Source of the DNA: a bacterium
GTDB taxonomy: Bacteria > Electryoneota > RPQS01
Assembly (NCBI GenBank): GCA_016702305.1
Contig: JADJEH010000001.1
Coordinates: 312,077 to 376,076 of the forward strand
Length of the DNA stretch: 64,000 nt
Direction: 5' to 3'
Under the pieces are notes generated by a model. The model saw nothing but the letters and a program-made list of their open reading frames with translations, had not been told where the DNA came from and made no database searches. Below are positions 8,400 to 17,045 of this stretch, piece by piece (position 1 is the stretch's first letter; each line of letters opens with the position of its first letter). A program made the translations under genes and the position numbers.

Positions 8400-9430
8400 G
8401 GTATCCGATGAGCCCCCTCCGTACCTGTAGCATTGAACGCCACTTCATCGAGCAACAGCAGCTTCATCCTGAAGCCACCGGCGAACTGACGCGCCTAATG
8501 CATCAGTTGGCCTTCGCCGCCAAGCAGATCACAAAGGAAGTGCGCAGCGCCGGATTGTCTGACATTCTTGGCGTGGCCGGGCACACCAACGTGCAAGGCG
8601 AAGTCGTTCAAAAACTCGACGAAATCACCAACGATGTCATCTATCGCGCCATGGATCACGCCGGCGTGCTCTGCTGCATGGCCTCCGAGGAACGCGCCGA
8701 TATGATCCCGATTCCAGCCGAATTTGAGTACGGGAAATACACGCTGGCCTTCGACCCGCTCGACGGCAGCTCGAATATTGACGCCAACATCAATGTCGGC
8801 ACTATTTTCGCTATTCACCGGCGCTCGTCTCCCGACGGCACTCCCGGCACGGTTGAAGATCTTCTGCAGCCCGGCCGCGAACTCGTCGTGGCGGGCTATA
8901 TCGTCTACGGCAGCTCCACCATGATGGTCTACACCACCGGCCACGGCGTGAATGGCTTCACACTGGAACCATCCATCGGCGAATTCCTGCTGTCACATCC
9001 GGATATGCGCATTCCGCAGCACGGGAAGTACTTCAGCATCAACATGGGCAACTATCATTACTGGAGCGAGGGAGTCCGCAAATACATAGACCATATCATC
9101 GCGCCGAACAACCAGCATGGCACGCCCTATTCGTCGCGTTACATCGGTTCCATGATCGCTGACGTCCACCGCACGCTGCTCTATGGCGGCCTGTTCATGT
9201 ATCCGCTCGACTACAAAGACCCGCAAAAACCCAAGTCAAAGCTGCGCCTGCTTTATGAAGCCTCGCCCATGTCTATGGTCATTGAACAGGCCGGCGGTGC
9301 GTCGTCCGACGGAAGCCAGTCCATTCTTGACGTAATCCCCAGAGGATTGCATGACCGCGTGCAACTCTTCGTCGGTTCGCGTGACAATCTTGCGGAGCTC
9401 TTGTCCTTCCTCGAGAAATACGACGGTTGA
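8396..9430 (+). CDS. fbp: fructose-1,6-bisphosphatase class 1
   Basis: The protein matches E. coli Fbp strongly: ATGELT.L, DILG..G..NVQGEV.QKLD, FDPLDGSSNID.N..VGTIF.I.RR, and the C-terminal GG.FMYP.D. Confidence 0.9.
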   Translation: MRYPMSPLRTCSIERHFIEQQQLHPEATGELTRLMHQLAFAAKQITKEVRSAGLSDILGVAGHTNVQGEVVQKLDEITNDVIYRAMDHAGVLCCMASEERADMIPIPAEFEYGKYTLAFDPLDGSSNIDANINVGTIFAIHRRSSPDGTPGTVEDLLQPGRELVVAGYIVYGSSTMMVYTTGHGVNGFTLEPSIGEFLLSHPDMRIPQHGKYFSINMGNYHYWSEGVRKYIDHIIAPNNQHGTPYSSRYIGSMIADVHRTLLYGGLFMYPLDYKDPQKPKSKLRLLYEASPMSMVIEQAGGASSDGSQSILDVIPRGLHDRVQLFVGSRDNLAELLSFLEKYDG

Positions 9431-9455
9431 TCGCACGCATCACTCGCACAAAATA

Positions 9456-9484
9456 AACGAGGCCCGGGTAATCCGGGCCTCGTT
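9456..9484. terminator. bidirectional rho-independent terminator between convergent fbp and MFS genes
   Basis: A perfect 12-bp inverted repeat AACGAGGCCCGG/CCGGGCCTCGTT has a 5-nt loop. An A-tract (AAAATAAA) on the 5' side supplies a U-tract for the minus-strand gene. Confidence 0.5.
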
Positions 9485-9509
9485 CGATTGTCAGCACAGG
9501 GCCTGACCT

Positions 9510-10718
9510 TTAATCTTTGCTAATGTCGCCAACCGCGTCCGGTTTGGTCCCGATCTTCAATAACGAAATCGCACCGATCAACAGACCGCCGCACCAGTAG
9601 GGTGCCGACAGACCGACAAACTGAAACAGTGCCGTACCGCTGGGCGGACCGAACACTCGTCCCAGCGCGCCAATGGACTGCGCCGTGCCCATCGTCAAAC
9701 CTTGCTTGTCCGGCGGCGCGGTCTTGGAGATGAGCGAGTTGATTGTCGGATTCATCACCGCGGAGCCCATCGCCAGAAGCGGGGTGACCAAAACCAATTG
9801 CAGCACCGTTCGTACCTGACCCGTCGCAATCAAACCGATTGCCATTAGTACCAATCCCGTGCGCGCCAGCGTGACCTCGCCGAAGCGTCGCACAAGTTTG
9901 CCCATCAGTGCGCCCTGAATAATCGCCGAGATCACTCCAACCTCGGCCAAAATCCAGCCGACATGCACCGCGTCAAGCCCCAAACGATGCTCGCCGAACA
10001 ACGCGAAGGTGCCCTCCATTTGCGAGAAGGCGAATACCTGCATGAAAAAGATGAAGATCAGCACGGCCATGTAGGGTATCGAAAGAACTTCGCGCAAAGC
10101 GCCGGTCGAGAGCAGGCCGCGATGCGATGTTCCGCCGCGATCAGAGTGCGTTTCAGGCAGCTTCCAAAACGCCCATACGAAATTGATGGTGGACAATCCT
10201 GCTGCGACCAGCGCCGGAAACCCATAACCGAATTGCGTGAGCACACCGCCTACGGCCGGACCGAAAATGAAACCCATCCCGAACGCCGCGCCAATCAACC
10301 CCATCCCTTTAGCGCGATCCTCCGGTGAGGTCGTATCGGCAATATACGCCTGCGCCGTCGGCAGCGTCGCACTGGAAAGAATCCCGGCGAGAATCCGCGC
10401 CGCAAACAGCATCGGGAGCGTAGTCGCCAAACCAAACATCAGAAATGCCGCCGCCGATCCCGCTAACCCGGTCAGCATAACGGGCCGCCGCCCGACCCGG
10501 TCCGATAGCCTTCCCCACAGCGGTGCAAAAAGAAAATGCATCGCTGAATACGTTGCCGAGAAAATGCCTATCGTTACGAAACTCGCACCAAAACTCTCCG
10601 CGTAAAACGGCAACGCCGGTATGATCAGCCCGAAACCGAGCAGATCAATAAATATCGTCAGGAACAGAATGGCGAGTTTCGAGTTCATAGTCGTATCGGC
10701 GAGAAGAGAATCTGTCAA
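9510..10718 (-). CDS. MFS transporter (DHA1/TetA-like drug:H+ antiporter family)
   Basis: The protein has twelve transmembrane segments. The MFS motif A GRLSDRVGRRPVML lies between TM2 and TM3. The alternative start at Met11 (MNSKLAIL...) gives 9510..10688. Confidence 0.8.
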   Translation of the reverse strand: MTDSLLADTTMNSKLAILFLTIFIDLLGFGLIIPALPFYAESFGASFVTIGIFSATYSAMHFLFAPLWGRLSDRVGRRPVMLTGLAGSAAAFLMFGLATTLPMLFAARILAGILSSATLPTAQAYIADTTSPEDRAKGMGLIGAAFGMGFIFGPAVGGVLTQFGYGFPALVAAGLSTINFVWAFWKLPETHSDRGGTSHRGLLSTGALREVLSIPYMAVLIFIFFMQVFAFSQMEGTFALFGEHRLGLDAVHVGWILAEVGVISAIIQGALMGKLVRRFGEVTLARTGLVLMAIGLIATGQVRTVLQLVLVTPLLAMGSAVMNPTINSLISKTAPPDKQGLTMGTAQSIGALGRVFGPPSGTALFQFVGLSAPYWCGGLLIGAISLLKIGTKPDAVGDISKD

Positions 10719-10822
10719 TATACGGAAGTCTCACCCCATAGTAAACGTGCGACTCTCCGCATTCCCCCGCCACATGCAGTTTGTACACGCCGTCGGCCCG
10801 TAACGGCCGATTTGTACGACGC

Positions 10823-10851
10823 TTGACAACCTCTTTATAGTTTTGTATTTT
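10823..10851 (+). promoter_or_regulatory. sigma70-like promoter for tRNA-Leu: TTGACA, 17 nt, TATTTT
   Basis: A -35 TTGACA at 10823-10828 and a -10 TATTTT at 10846-10851 are separated by 17 nt. The predicted TSS lies about 6 nt before the tRNA 5' end. Confidence 0.4.
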
Positions 10852-10863
10852 GGCTGTTTAGCC

Positions 10864-10947
10864 GCGAGAGTGGCGGAATTGGCAGACGCGCCAGATTTAG
10901 GTTCTGGTATCCGAGAGGGTGTGGGGGTTCGAGTCCCCCCTTTCGCA
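10864..10947 (+). tRNA. tRNA-Leu (anticodon UAG), class II with long variable arm
   Basis: GCGAGAGTGGCGGAATTGGCAGACGCGCCAGATTTAGGTTCTGG...GGGGGTTCGAGTCCCCCCTTTCGCA is near-identical in architecture to E. coli tRNA-Leu. The acceptor stem is GCGAGAG/CTTTCGC. The anticodon loop TTTAGGT gives anticodon TAG. Confidence 0.85.
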
Positions 10948-10970
10948 CAAGCTATCGGTCGGAGGAAATT

Positions 10971-12275
10971 TTGGAATTAATTGTTGAAAATAAGCGACTT
11001 AGCGAGGTCCAAGCCGAGCTAATCGTGGCCGTCCCGGCCGAGTATATGACCGCCGAAGTCGAGCGCAAGCTGGCCAGCGTGGCAGCCCATGCGGACGTCC
11101 CCGGTTTCCGACGCGGCAAAATACCGCGAAATATCCTGCTCCAAAAGTACGGCCCGGCCATCACAGAGGACACTGTTCAGACCGTCTTACAAGAGGCCTA
11201 CCGCACCGCTTTGGAGCAAGAAAAGCTCTTCCCGGTCACCCCGGGCGAAATGAGCGAAATCAACTTCGAGCCCGGCCAGCCCTTGACCTTCAAGGTCATC
11301 GTCGAGCTTCTACCGGACATCACGGTACCTGAATTGTCCGAAATTTCCGTCGAGTTGAAGGACCCGCAGGCGGATGACGAGGACATTAACACGGCGCTCG
11401 ACTCGCTCCGCGAAGGCCAGGCCGTGCTGGTTCCGTCTGACGACCCCGTGGACCAGCACTCCGTCGTGACCTTCGATCTGCAGGAGCTCGATGACTCCGG
11501 CGTGCCCATGATTGGCCGCTCCCAGAAGGGCGTGACCGTGGACATGAGCCGCCAGTCGCTTGGCGAGGAGTTTGCATCAAAAATGACCGGACTGACCAAC
11601 GATCAGACGACCACCGTCACGTTCCACCGTGGTGAGGGCCAGTCCTTGCGCACCCAAATTACCATTCGCAATGTCCAGCGCAAGGAGCTGCCCGAAGTGG
11701 ACGACCAATTCGTCCAGTCGGTCAACCCGAATCTTACATCCCTTGATGATTTGCGCTCCGACCTGCGCCGCTACATCGAGTCGCGCGCCGGACACGCCGC
11801 GCGCCAGCAGATGTTCCGGACACTGGCCGATGAGCTCCTGCGGCGCTCTGAGTTCCAAGTGCCGCCGCGTATGCTGGACAACTACCTTGACCGGATGGCC
11901 GATGAAGCCGTGCACAACAGCAAGGGCCATCACGACGATCATGCCATGGCGGAGTTCCGTGAAAAGTACCGCGCGTCCGCGATCTGGACGTTGCGCTGGT
12001 ACCTTATGCGCAACCGCCTGATTCAACTGTTTGATCTGCGCGCCACCGAAGACGACGTCAACGAAGAACTCGCGCGCTTGGCGACGCTCGAAGATGAAAT
12101 GCTCGATGACTTCCGCAAACGGTTGACGCCTGATCAGATCCAACAGGTGCACGACGATATTCAGGAACGCAAAGTCTTCGACTATCTTGAAGCACAGGTG
12201 CAGCTCCAGAAGACTCCGATCTCGCTCGCCGAGTTTGAAGGCCGTACGGAGCCGTCCAAAATCATCACCGTCTAA
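10971..12275 (+). CDS. tig: trigger factor (ribosome-associated chaperone / PPIase)
   Basis: The N-terminal ribosome-binding signature is [17 protein letters not shown]. The length is 434 aa. The gene lies in the conserved tig-clpP-clpX order. It has a TTG start preceded by GGAGG. Confidence 0.9.
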   Translation: MELIVENKRLSEVQAELIVAVPAEYMTAEVERKLASVAAHADVPGFRRGKIPRNILLQKYGPAITEDTVQTVLQEAYRTALEQEKLFPVTPGEMSEINFEPGQPLTFKVIVELLPDITVPELSEISVELKDPQADDEDINTALDSLREGQAVLVPSDDPVDQHSVVTFDLQELDDSGVPMIGRSQKGVTVDMSRQSLGEEFASKMTGLTNDQTTTVTFHRGEGQSLRTQITIRNVQRKELPEVDDQFVQSVNPNLTSLDDLRSDLRRYIESRAGHAARQQMFRTLADELLRRSEFQVPPRMLDNYLDRMADEAVHNSKGHHDDHAMAEFREKYRASAIWTLRWYLMRNRLIQLFDLRATEDDVNEELARLATLEDEMLDDFRKRLTPDQIQQVHDDIQERKVFDYLEAQVQLQKTPISLAEFEGRTEPSKIITV

Positions 12276-12280
12276 TCATC

Positions 12281-12904
12281 ATGTTCGAAATAGGAGACCA
12301 TACGTCCATGGCATTAGTCCCCATGGTTGTCGAGCAGACGGGTCGCGGCGAACGCGCCTTCGACATCTATTCCCGCCTGCTCAAGGAACGCATCATCATC
12401 GTCAGTACTCCCATTGACGATCATATCGCCAGTCTCGTGGTGGCGCAGTTGATCTTCCTCGCGGCGGAAGACCCCGAAAAGGACATTAGCCTGTATATCA
12501 ACAGCCCCGGCGGCGTCGTCACCGCGGGCCTTGCGATTTATGATACGATGCAGCATGTGAAGCCCGATGTCGCCACGATCTGCATCGGCCAGGCCGCTTC
12601 GATGGGCGCCTTCCTGCTGGCCGCCGGCGCCAAAGGCAAACGCAGCATTCTCCCCAACGCACGTGTTATGATCCATCAACCTATGGGCGGCGCGCAAGGG
12701 CAGGCATCCGATATTGACATCATGGCCAAGGAAATCCTGAAGTTGCGCTCCCGGCTGAATGAGATGCTCGCCAATCATACGGGCCGGCCGCTCGACAAGA
12801 TTGAACTGGACACCGACCGTAACTACTTCATGTCCGCCGAAGAAGCCAAGGAATACGGCATCGTGGACGAGATTATCTATCCGCGCGGCCACGGCAATAA
12901 GTAA
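12281..12904 (+). CDS. clpP: ATP-dependent Clp protease proteolytic subunit
   Basis: [30 protein letters not shown] and the catalytic Ser context [11 protein letters not shown] are essentially the E. coli ClpP consensus. Confidence 0.95.
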   Translation: MFEIGDHTSMALVPMVVEQTGRGERAFDIYSRLLKERIIIVSTPIDDHIASLVVAQLIFLAAEDPEKDISLYINSPGGVVTAGLAIYDTMQHVKPDVATICIGQAASMGAFLLAAGAKGKRSILPNARVMIHQPMGGAQGQASDIDIMAKEILKLRSRLNEMLANHTGRPLDKIELDTDRNYFMSAEEAKEYGIVDEIIYPRGHGNK

Positions 12905-12916
12905 AGGAGCTGCGCT

Positions 12917-14155
12917 GTGACGGATCCCCGTCTGGAGCAAGTCTGTTCGTTCTGCGGCCGCTCGGAAAATCAGGTCGCCACGCTGATCAAGCATCAGGAC
13001 GGTATCGCCATTTGTGACGTGTGTGTCGAACACGCCCATCAGATTGTTGCGATGTCGCGCGCCGGACGCAAGTCCATCAACCTCTCCGAGTTTCCCACGC
13101 CGCGCGAAATGAAGCGCAAGCTCGACGAGTACATCATCGGCCAGGACGATGCCAAACGGAAAATCTCGGTCGCCGTCTACAATCACTATAAGCGGATCGC
13201 CGGTGCCGAACAGACGTCCGACGTCGAAATCGAAAAGTCCAATATTCTGCTGATTGGACCGACCGGAACGGGCAAGACTTTGCTCGCGCAGACCATGGCG
13301 CGTTTCCTGCACGTCCCGTTCGCCATTGCTGATGCCACCACGCTGACGGAAGCGGGCTATGTCGGTGAAGACGTCGAGAATGTCTTGGTGCGCCTGCTGC
13401 AAAATTCCGACTATGATGTCGCCCGCGCTGAGATGGGCATCATCTATATTGACGAAATTGACAAGATCGCCCGCAAAGATCCGAACATGTCCATTACCCG
13501 CGATGTGTCCGGCGAAGGCGTCCAGCAGGCGTTGCTGAAAATTCTCGAAGGCACGGTCGCAAATCTGCCTCCGCAGGGCGGCCGGAAACATCCCGAGCAG
13601 AAGTTCATTCAAATGAACACCAAGAACATTATGTTCATCTGCGGCGGCGCCTTCGAAGGTCTCGAAAAGATCGTCAAGAGCCGCGTTGCCAAATACCCGA
13701 TCGGCTTCGGAGCGCGCAATATTCCTGATGCCGCTGAAGACGGCGAATACGTCCTCAAGCGCGTCAGCTTCGAAGATCTGAATTCCTACGGATTGATCCC
13801 TGAACTCATCGGACGCCTCCCCGTGGTGTCGGTGCTCGAACCGCTCTCCGATGAAGCCATGATGAGGATCATGGTCGAGCCGCGCAATGCGCTCGTCAAG
13901 CAATATTCACGTCTGTTCGAAATGGAAGGCGTCAAGCTCACCTTTGAACAGGATGCACTGCTGGCGATCATCCGCGAAGCCCGGCGCCGCAAGACTGGCG
14001 CGCGTGCCCTCCGTGCCATTGCCGAAGAAGCGCTCATGGAGGCCTTCTTCGAAGTACCCAGCCGCAAAGACGTTGGTGAAGTTATCATCGGAGCCGATAC
14101 CGTGCTCGAAAAGAAACCCGCGCGTTTCGTCGAGTTGAAAAAGAAGAGCGCTTAG
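12917..14155 (+). CDS. clpX: ATP-dependent Clp protease ATP-binding subunit ClpX
   Basis: The N-terminal C4 zinc finger is CSFCG...CDVC. Walker A is [17 protein letters not shown], the GYVG pore loop and sensor motifs are all present. Confidence 0.95.
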   Translation: MTDPRLEQVCSFCGRSENQVATLIKHQDGIAICDVCVEHAHQIVAMSRAGRKSINLSEFPTPREMKRKLDEYIIGQDDAKRKISVAVYNHYKRIAGAEQTSDVEIEKSNILLIGPTGTGKTLLAQTMARFLHVPFAIADATTLTEAGYVGEDVENVLVRLLQNSDYDVARAEMGIIYIDEIDKIARKDPNMSITRDVSGEGVQQALLKILEGTVANLPPQGGRKHPEQKFIQMNTKNIMFICGGAFEGLEKIVKSRVAKYPIGFGARNIPDAAEDGEYVLKRVSFEDLNSYGLIPELIGRLPVVSVLEPLSDEAMMRIMVEPRNALVKQYSRLFEMEGVKLTFEQDALLAIIREARRRKTGARALRAIAEEALMEAFFEVPSRKDVGEVIIGADTVLEKKPARFVELKKKSA

Positions 14156-14181
14156 CCCTTCCCGCCCGGACCGTTCCTGCT

Positions 14182-14220
14182 CGGCGTGACGACCCACCAA
14201 AGTTGTCACGCCGTTTTTTT
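14182..14220 (+). terminator. rho-independent terminator downstream of clpX
   Basis: A 9-bp stem CGGCGTGAC/GTCACGCCG is followed by TTTTTTT at 14214-14220. The T-tract abuts the ATG at 14221 of the next gene. Confidence 0.4.
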
Positions 14221-16017
14221 ATGCGTACCCCCATCACTATCTCACTCATCCTGCTCACGCTGTGCCTTGTGCACGCGTGGGCCGACGCGCCCGCTCCGCC
14301 GCCCCGTGAGCAGCTCCGCGATTCCGTGGCCGTGCGCTGGGAGGAGGGAGCCGAGCTCACGCGTTGGCTGGCTTCCGCGAGATGGGACCACATCGCCGCC
14401 GCACGAATGAGGACCGCATTGAAAGCGGATTGGACCACTGCGCTCTCGCGCGGCCTAAGCACTGATGGCCGCTTGCGCCATGATGTGCGTTGGTCTGGTG
14501 CGCTCGCGCGTGCCCTGAATTCCTCATGGTCACTCTGGGGCGGCGCAACTGGTCAGCACTATGTGGACCGCCCGCGTGCTACCACCAGTGTCGCCCAGGG
14601 AAATCGCTCACATCTTCTGCGCCTCGGAGCCGGACCTGCCGTGCGCTGGTCCGACGAACTGCGCTCGACGCACAGCCTCGGCATGGTCGCAGATTCGCGC
14701 GTGGAACGCACCGAGTCCGGTCTGGCAACCTGGCACACCGGCGAGTATGCGCTGAACTCCGCGCCGGAAGTCAGGCACCGGTTTGAAGCGCTGCTCGACT
14801 ACGAATCGCCCGGCGCGCGCAGCGGTAGCGCCGCTGAATTGCAGTATGCTCTGAATCAGGAGTACGAAGCCGCGCGCAATAGCGCCGACGTTTCCTTCAA
14901 TTGGACCCGCCGTGACGTCTTGACCGCCATTAACGCGCCGTCGCAATTGCGTGAAGAGACCGCGCTCCGCATCGCCGATGCCATCGAATATGAACTGGGA
15001 ACGGGAGCCGCACTTCGCGGTCACGGCGATGTTCGCTATTTCGACACCAAGCTCGATGATCGGCGCGGAAACAACTCCCGGCTTGAAGAACTCGAATCCG
15101 GTATCGAATCAGAGTTTGAGCTGCGCCGCCGCCGCAGCAGCGCGACGCTGTCACTCGCCGTGCGCGGTGTGTCACAGAATGTACGCGGCGAGATTCTCAC
15201 GGGACGCAAGACCGTGCTGGCCGCCGACGGACGTACAAAGGTACACACTTTCGATGTGCGCCTGCATTCGGCCTTCAGCAAGTACACGCTGGACACCCGC
15301 TCAGACGAGAATTTTGACGACCGCGACGAACTCGCGTGGCGCTTCGACGGCGGCCTCAGCGCCCCGGTCAATCGCGCCTTGAAGATTCAAATTCAGGCGT
15401 TGGCCGACTTAAACCATTTGGTTTACATCTTCAGCAGCAACAGTGCGAATAACCGCTGGACGCGCCTGTTCCTGCTTACCACGCGATTCGTTCATACGCC
15501 GGACCGCAACATCCTGCATGCTCCCGAGTTCCGCATCAGCGCCAACTATCAAGCGTACGACTTTGAGTTGAATCCGCGCCAAGTTCGATCTACGGTCTTT
15601 CGCCGCATTACGCTGGGCGACAGTGTGGCCGTGCGCGCCGAACGCTGGGTCTTCGCATTGCGAGCCGAAGTCGCTCGGGAAGAACTGGGTCGTCTCTACT
15701 GGGACGACTTCGCTGAAGAACGTAGTGACCGCACGGACGTCTTGAATGCCGCCTTCATCTCCACGCGCGAGTTCTCGCCCGGCGCCAACATCTCCGCCGG
15801 AGCCGTCTATGGCGTGCGGCGCGGTGACCGCTTCGAATTTGGTGGCGCGCCATTGCGCGTGCAGGACATCGTCTCGTGGGGCCCGCTTGCGCGCGTCAAT
15901 TGGAATAGCGCAGAGTGGTTTTTCACCGGTGGTATGCAATGGGTCTTGCAGTCTGAACTCGGTCGCGCGGACCGCGATTTTCTCTCAGGTACGATTACAG
16001 CGGGGCGCACATGGTGA
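14221..16017 (+). CDS. hypothetical secreted protein, probable outer-membrane beta-barrel
   Basis: A signal peptide MRTPITISLILLTLCLVHAWA is present. The body shows amphipathic alternating-residue strands (LSLAVRGV, VHTFDVRLH, ALKIQIQAL, VYIFSSNS). The C-terminus ...TITAGRTW ends in an aromatic residue, typical of BAM substrates. I do not recognise the family. The ORF-track start at 14203 (TTG) sits inside the terminator and is less likely. Confidence 0.5.
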   Translation: MRTPITISLILLTLCLVHAWADAPAPPPREQLRDSVAVRWEEGAELTRWLASARWDHIAAARMRTALKADWTTALSRGLSTDGRLRHDVRWSGALARALNSSWSLWGGATGQHYVDRPRATTSVAQGNRSHLLRLGAGPAVRWSDELRSTHSLGMVADSRVERTESGLATWHTGEYALNSAPEVRHRFEALLDYESPGARSGSAAELQYALNQEYEAARNSADVSFNWTRRDVLTAINAPSQLREETALRIADAIEYELGTGAALRGHGDVRYFDTKLDDRRGNNSRLEELESGIESEFELRRRRSSATLSLAVRGVSQNVRGEILTGRKTVLAADGRTKVHTFDVRLHSAFSKYTLDTRSDENFDDRDELAWRFDGGLSAPVNRALKIQIQALADLNHLVYIFSSNSANNRWTRLFLLTTRFVHTPDRNILHAPEFRISANYQAYDFELNPRQVRSTVFRRITLGDSVAVRAERWVFALRAEVAREELGRLYWDDFAEERSDRTDVLNAAFISTREFSPGANISAGAVYGVRRGDRFEFGGAPLRVQDIVSWGPLARVNWNSAEWFFTGGMQWVLQSELGRADRDFLSGTITAGRTW

Positions 16018-16724
16018 CTCAACAGCACGGCGAGTTCGTATACGTCGGTGATGCACGGATCTCTGACGGCAGGATCACCTTGTCCGCCGATGAACAGCAT
16101 CATCTTCTGCGCGTCCGCCGGGCGCGCAACGGCGACGAAGTCATGGCCACCGATGGGCATGGCACCGTTTATCGCGCGACGGTCGTAGATCAGTTTCTCG
16201 AGATTCGGGAAACACTACCCGAATTCTGCGAGTCAGCCCTGCAGCTTCACGTTATCTGCGGTTGTCTGCAAGGTGACTCAGCGCGCGAGGCCGTTGCTTC
16301 CGCGGTGCAGCTTGGCGCCCGGTCGCTGACGTGGATCCGCATGCGCCGCAGCCAGGAATCCTTCAGCGACTCCAAGCTCGACAAGCTTCGACGCGTCGCC
16401 GTGCAGTCCACCAAACAGGCAGGACGCGCCCGGCTAATCGAGCAAACTCTGGCAACGACAATGCAAGACGCATGGAGTGGGGAAGTCGCCAAGCTGTGGG
16501 TCGCTCATCCGTCGGACAATCCAACCGACCACGAACCCTACGTGGATCGCTCCTCGCGTCATATCCTGATCATCGGCCCGGAAGGCGGGTTCGACGCCCA
16601 CGAACTCGGAATGCTCTTCGACGCCGGCGCGACTCCCCTCCCGCTTGGAGCCTGCCGCTTGCGCAGTGAGGTCGCCCTCGCCGCGGGCCTGGTGCATCTG
16701 CGTTCACGCGCCGGCGAGCTGTAG
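16011..16724 (+). CDS. rsmE: 16S rRNA (uracil1498-N3)-methyltransferase
   Basis: An N-terminal PUA-like region (...HHLLRVRRARNGDEV...) is followed by the SPOUT C-terminal motifs LIIGPEGGF...E and PLPLG.CRLRSEVA. Confidence 0.85.
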   Translation: MVTQQHGEFVYVGDARISDGRITLSADEQHHLLRVRRARNGDEVMATDGHGTVYRATVVDQFLEIRETLPEFCESALQLHVICGCLQGDSAREAVASAVQLGARSLTWIRMRRSQESFSDSKLDKLRRVAVQSTKQAGRARLIEQTLATTMQDAWSGEVAKLWVAHPSDNPTDHEPYVDRSSRHILIIGPEGGFDAHELGMLFDAGATPLPLGACRLRSEVALAAGLVHLRSRAGEL

Positions 16725-16748
16725 TGACATCGCGGTACCGCAAATAAG

Positions 16749-16776
16749 AGAGGCCGAACATCGCTGTTCGGCCTCT
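16749..16776. terminator. hairpin terminator between convergent rsmE and the FlgM-like ORF
   Basis: A 12-bp perfect inverted repeat AGAGGCCGAACA/TGTTCGGCCTCT has a 4-nt loop. It overlaps the minus-strand stop codon. Confidence 0.4.
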
Positions 16777-16976
16777 TACTTTGCCCCCCCGCCGGTGATT
16801 CGCTCGGCGATCTCTTTCAAGATCTGCCCCGAATCATAATAGCCCTCACGGATCCGTCGTTTGACGCGGTTCAGCAGCGCTCCGTTCAAGACCCTGTTCT
16901 CAGGTACGAACGTCTGCTGTGCCGTTACGCGTTGAATCGAGTTGTCTCGTCGTGCTTCTTCGTGCTGTTCGCTCAT
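16776..16976 (-). CDS. small FlgM-family (anti-sigma-28-like) protein, tentative
   Basis: The product is 66 aa. The C-terminus RVKRRIREGYYDSGQILKEIAERI fits the FlgM C-terminal helix pattern RV..LK.AI..G.Y.VD..KIA..M. No flagellar genes are present in the window. Confidence 0.35.
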   Translation of the reverse strand: MSEQHEEARRDNSIQRVTAQQTFVPENRVLNGALLNRVKRRIREGYYDSGQILKEIAERITGGGAK

Positions 16977-17045
16977 ACGTCGCTTGGGCCTCCCATAAAA
17001 GTATCGGCCTAAACGACTCGAACTTGACGAACTATGATGGACTGG

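Noticed and set aside
12314-13903. 529-aa ORF on the minus strand
   Set aside because: It is antisense to clpP-clpX, which are unambiguous. Long antisense ORFs are expected in about 60% GC DNA. The product is low-complexity (Gly/Ala/Arg/Asp-rich) with no motifs.
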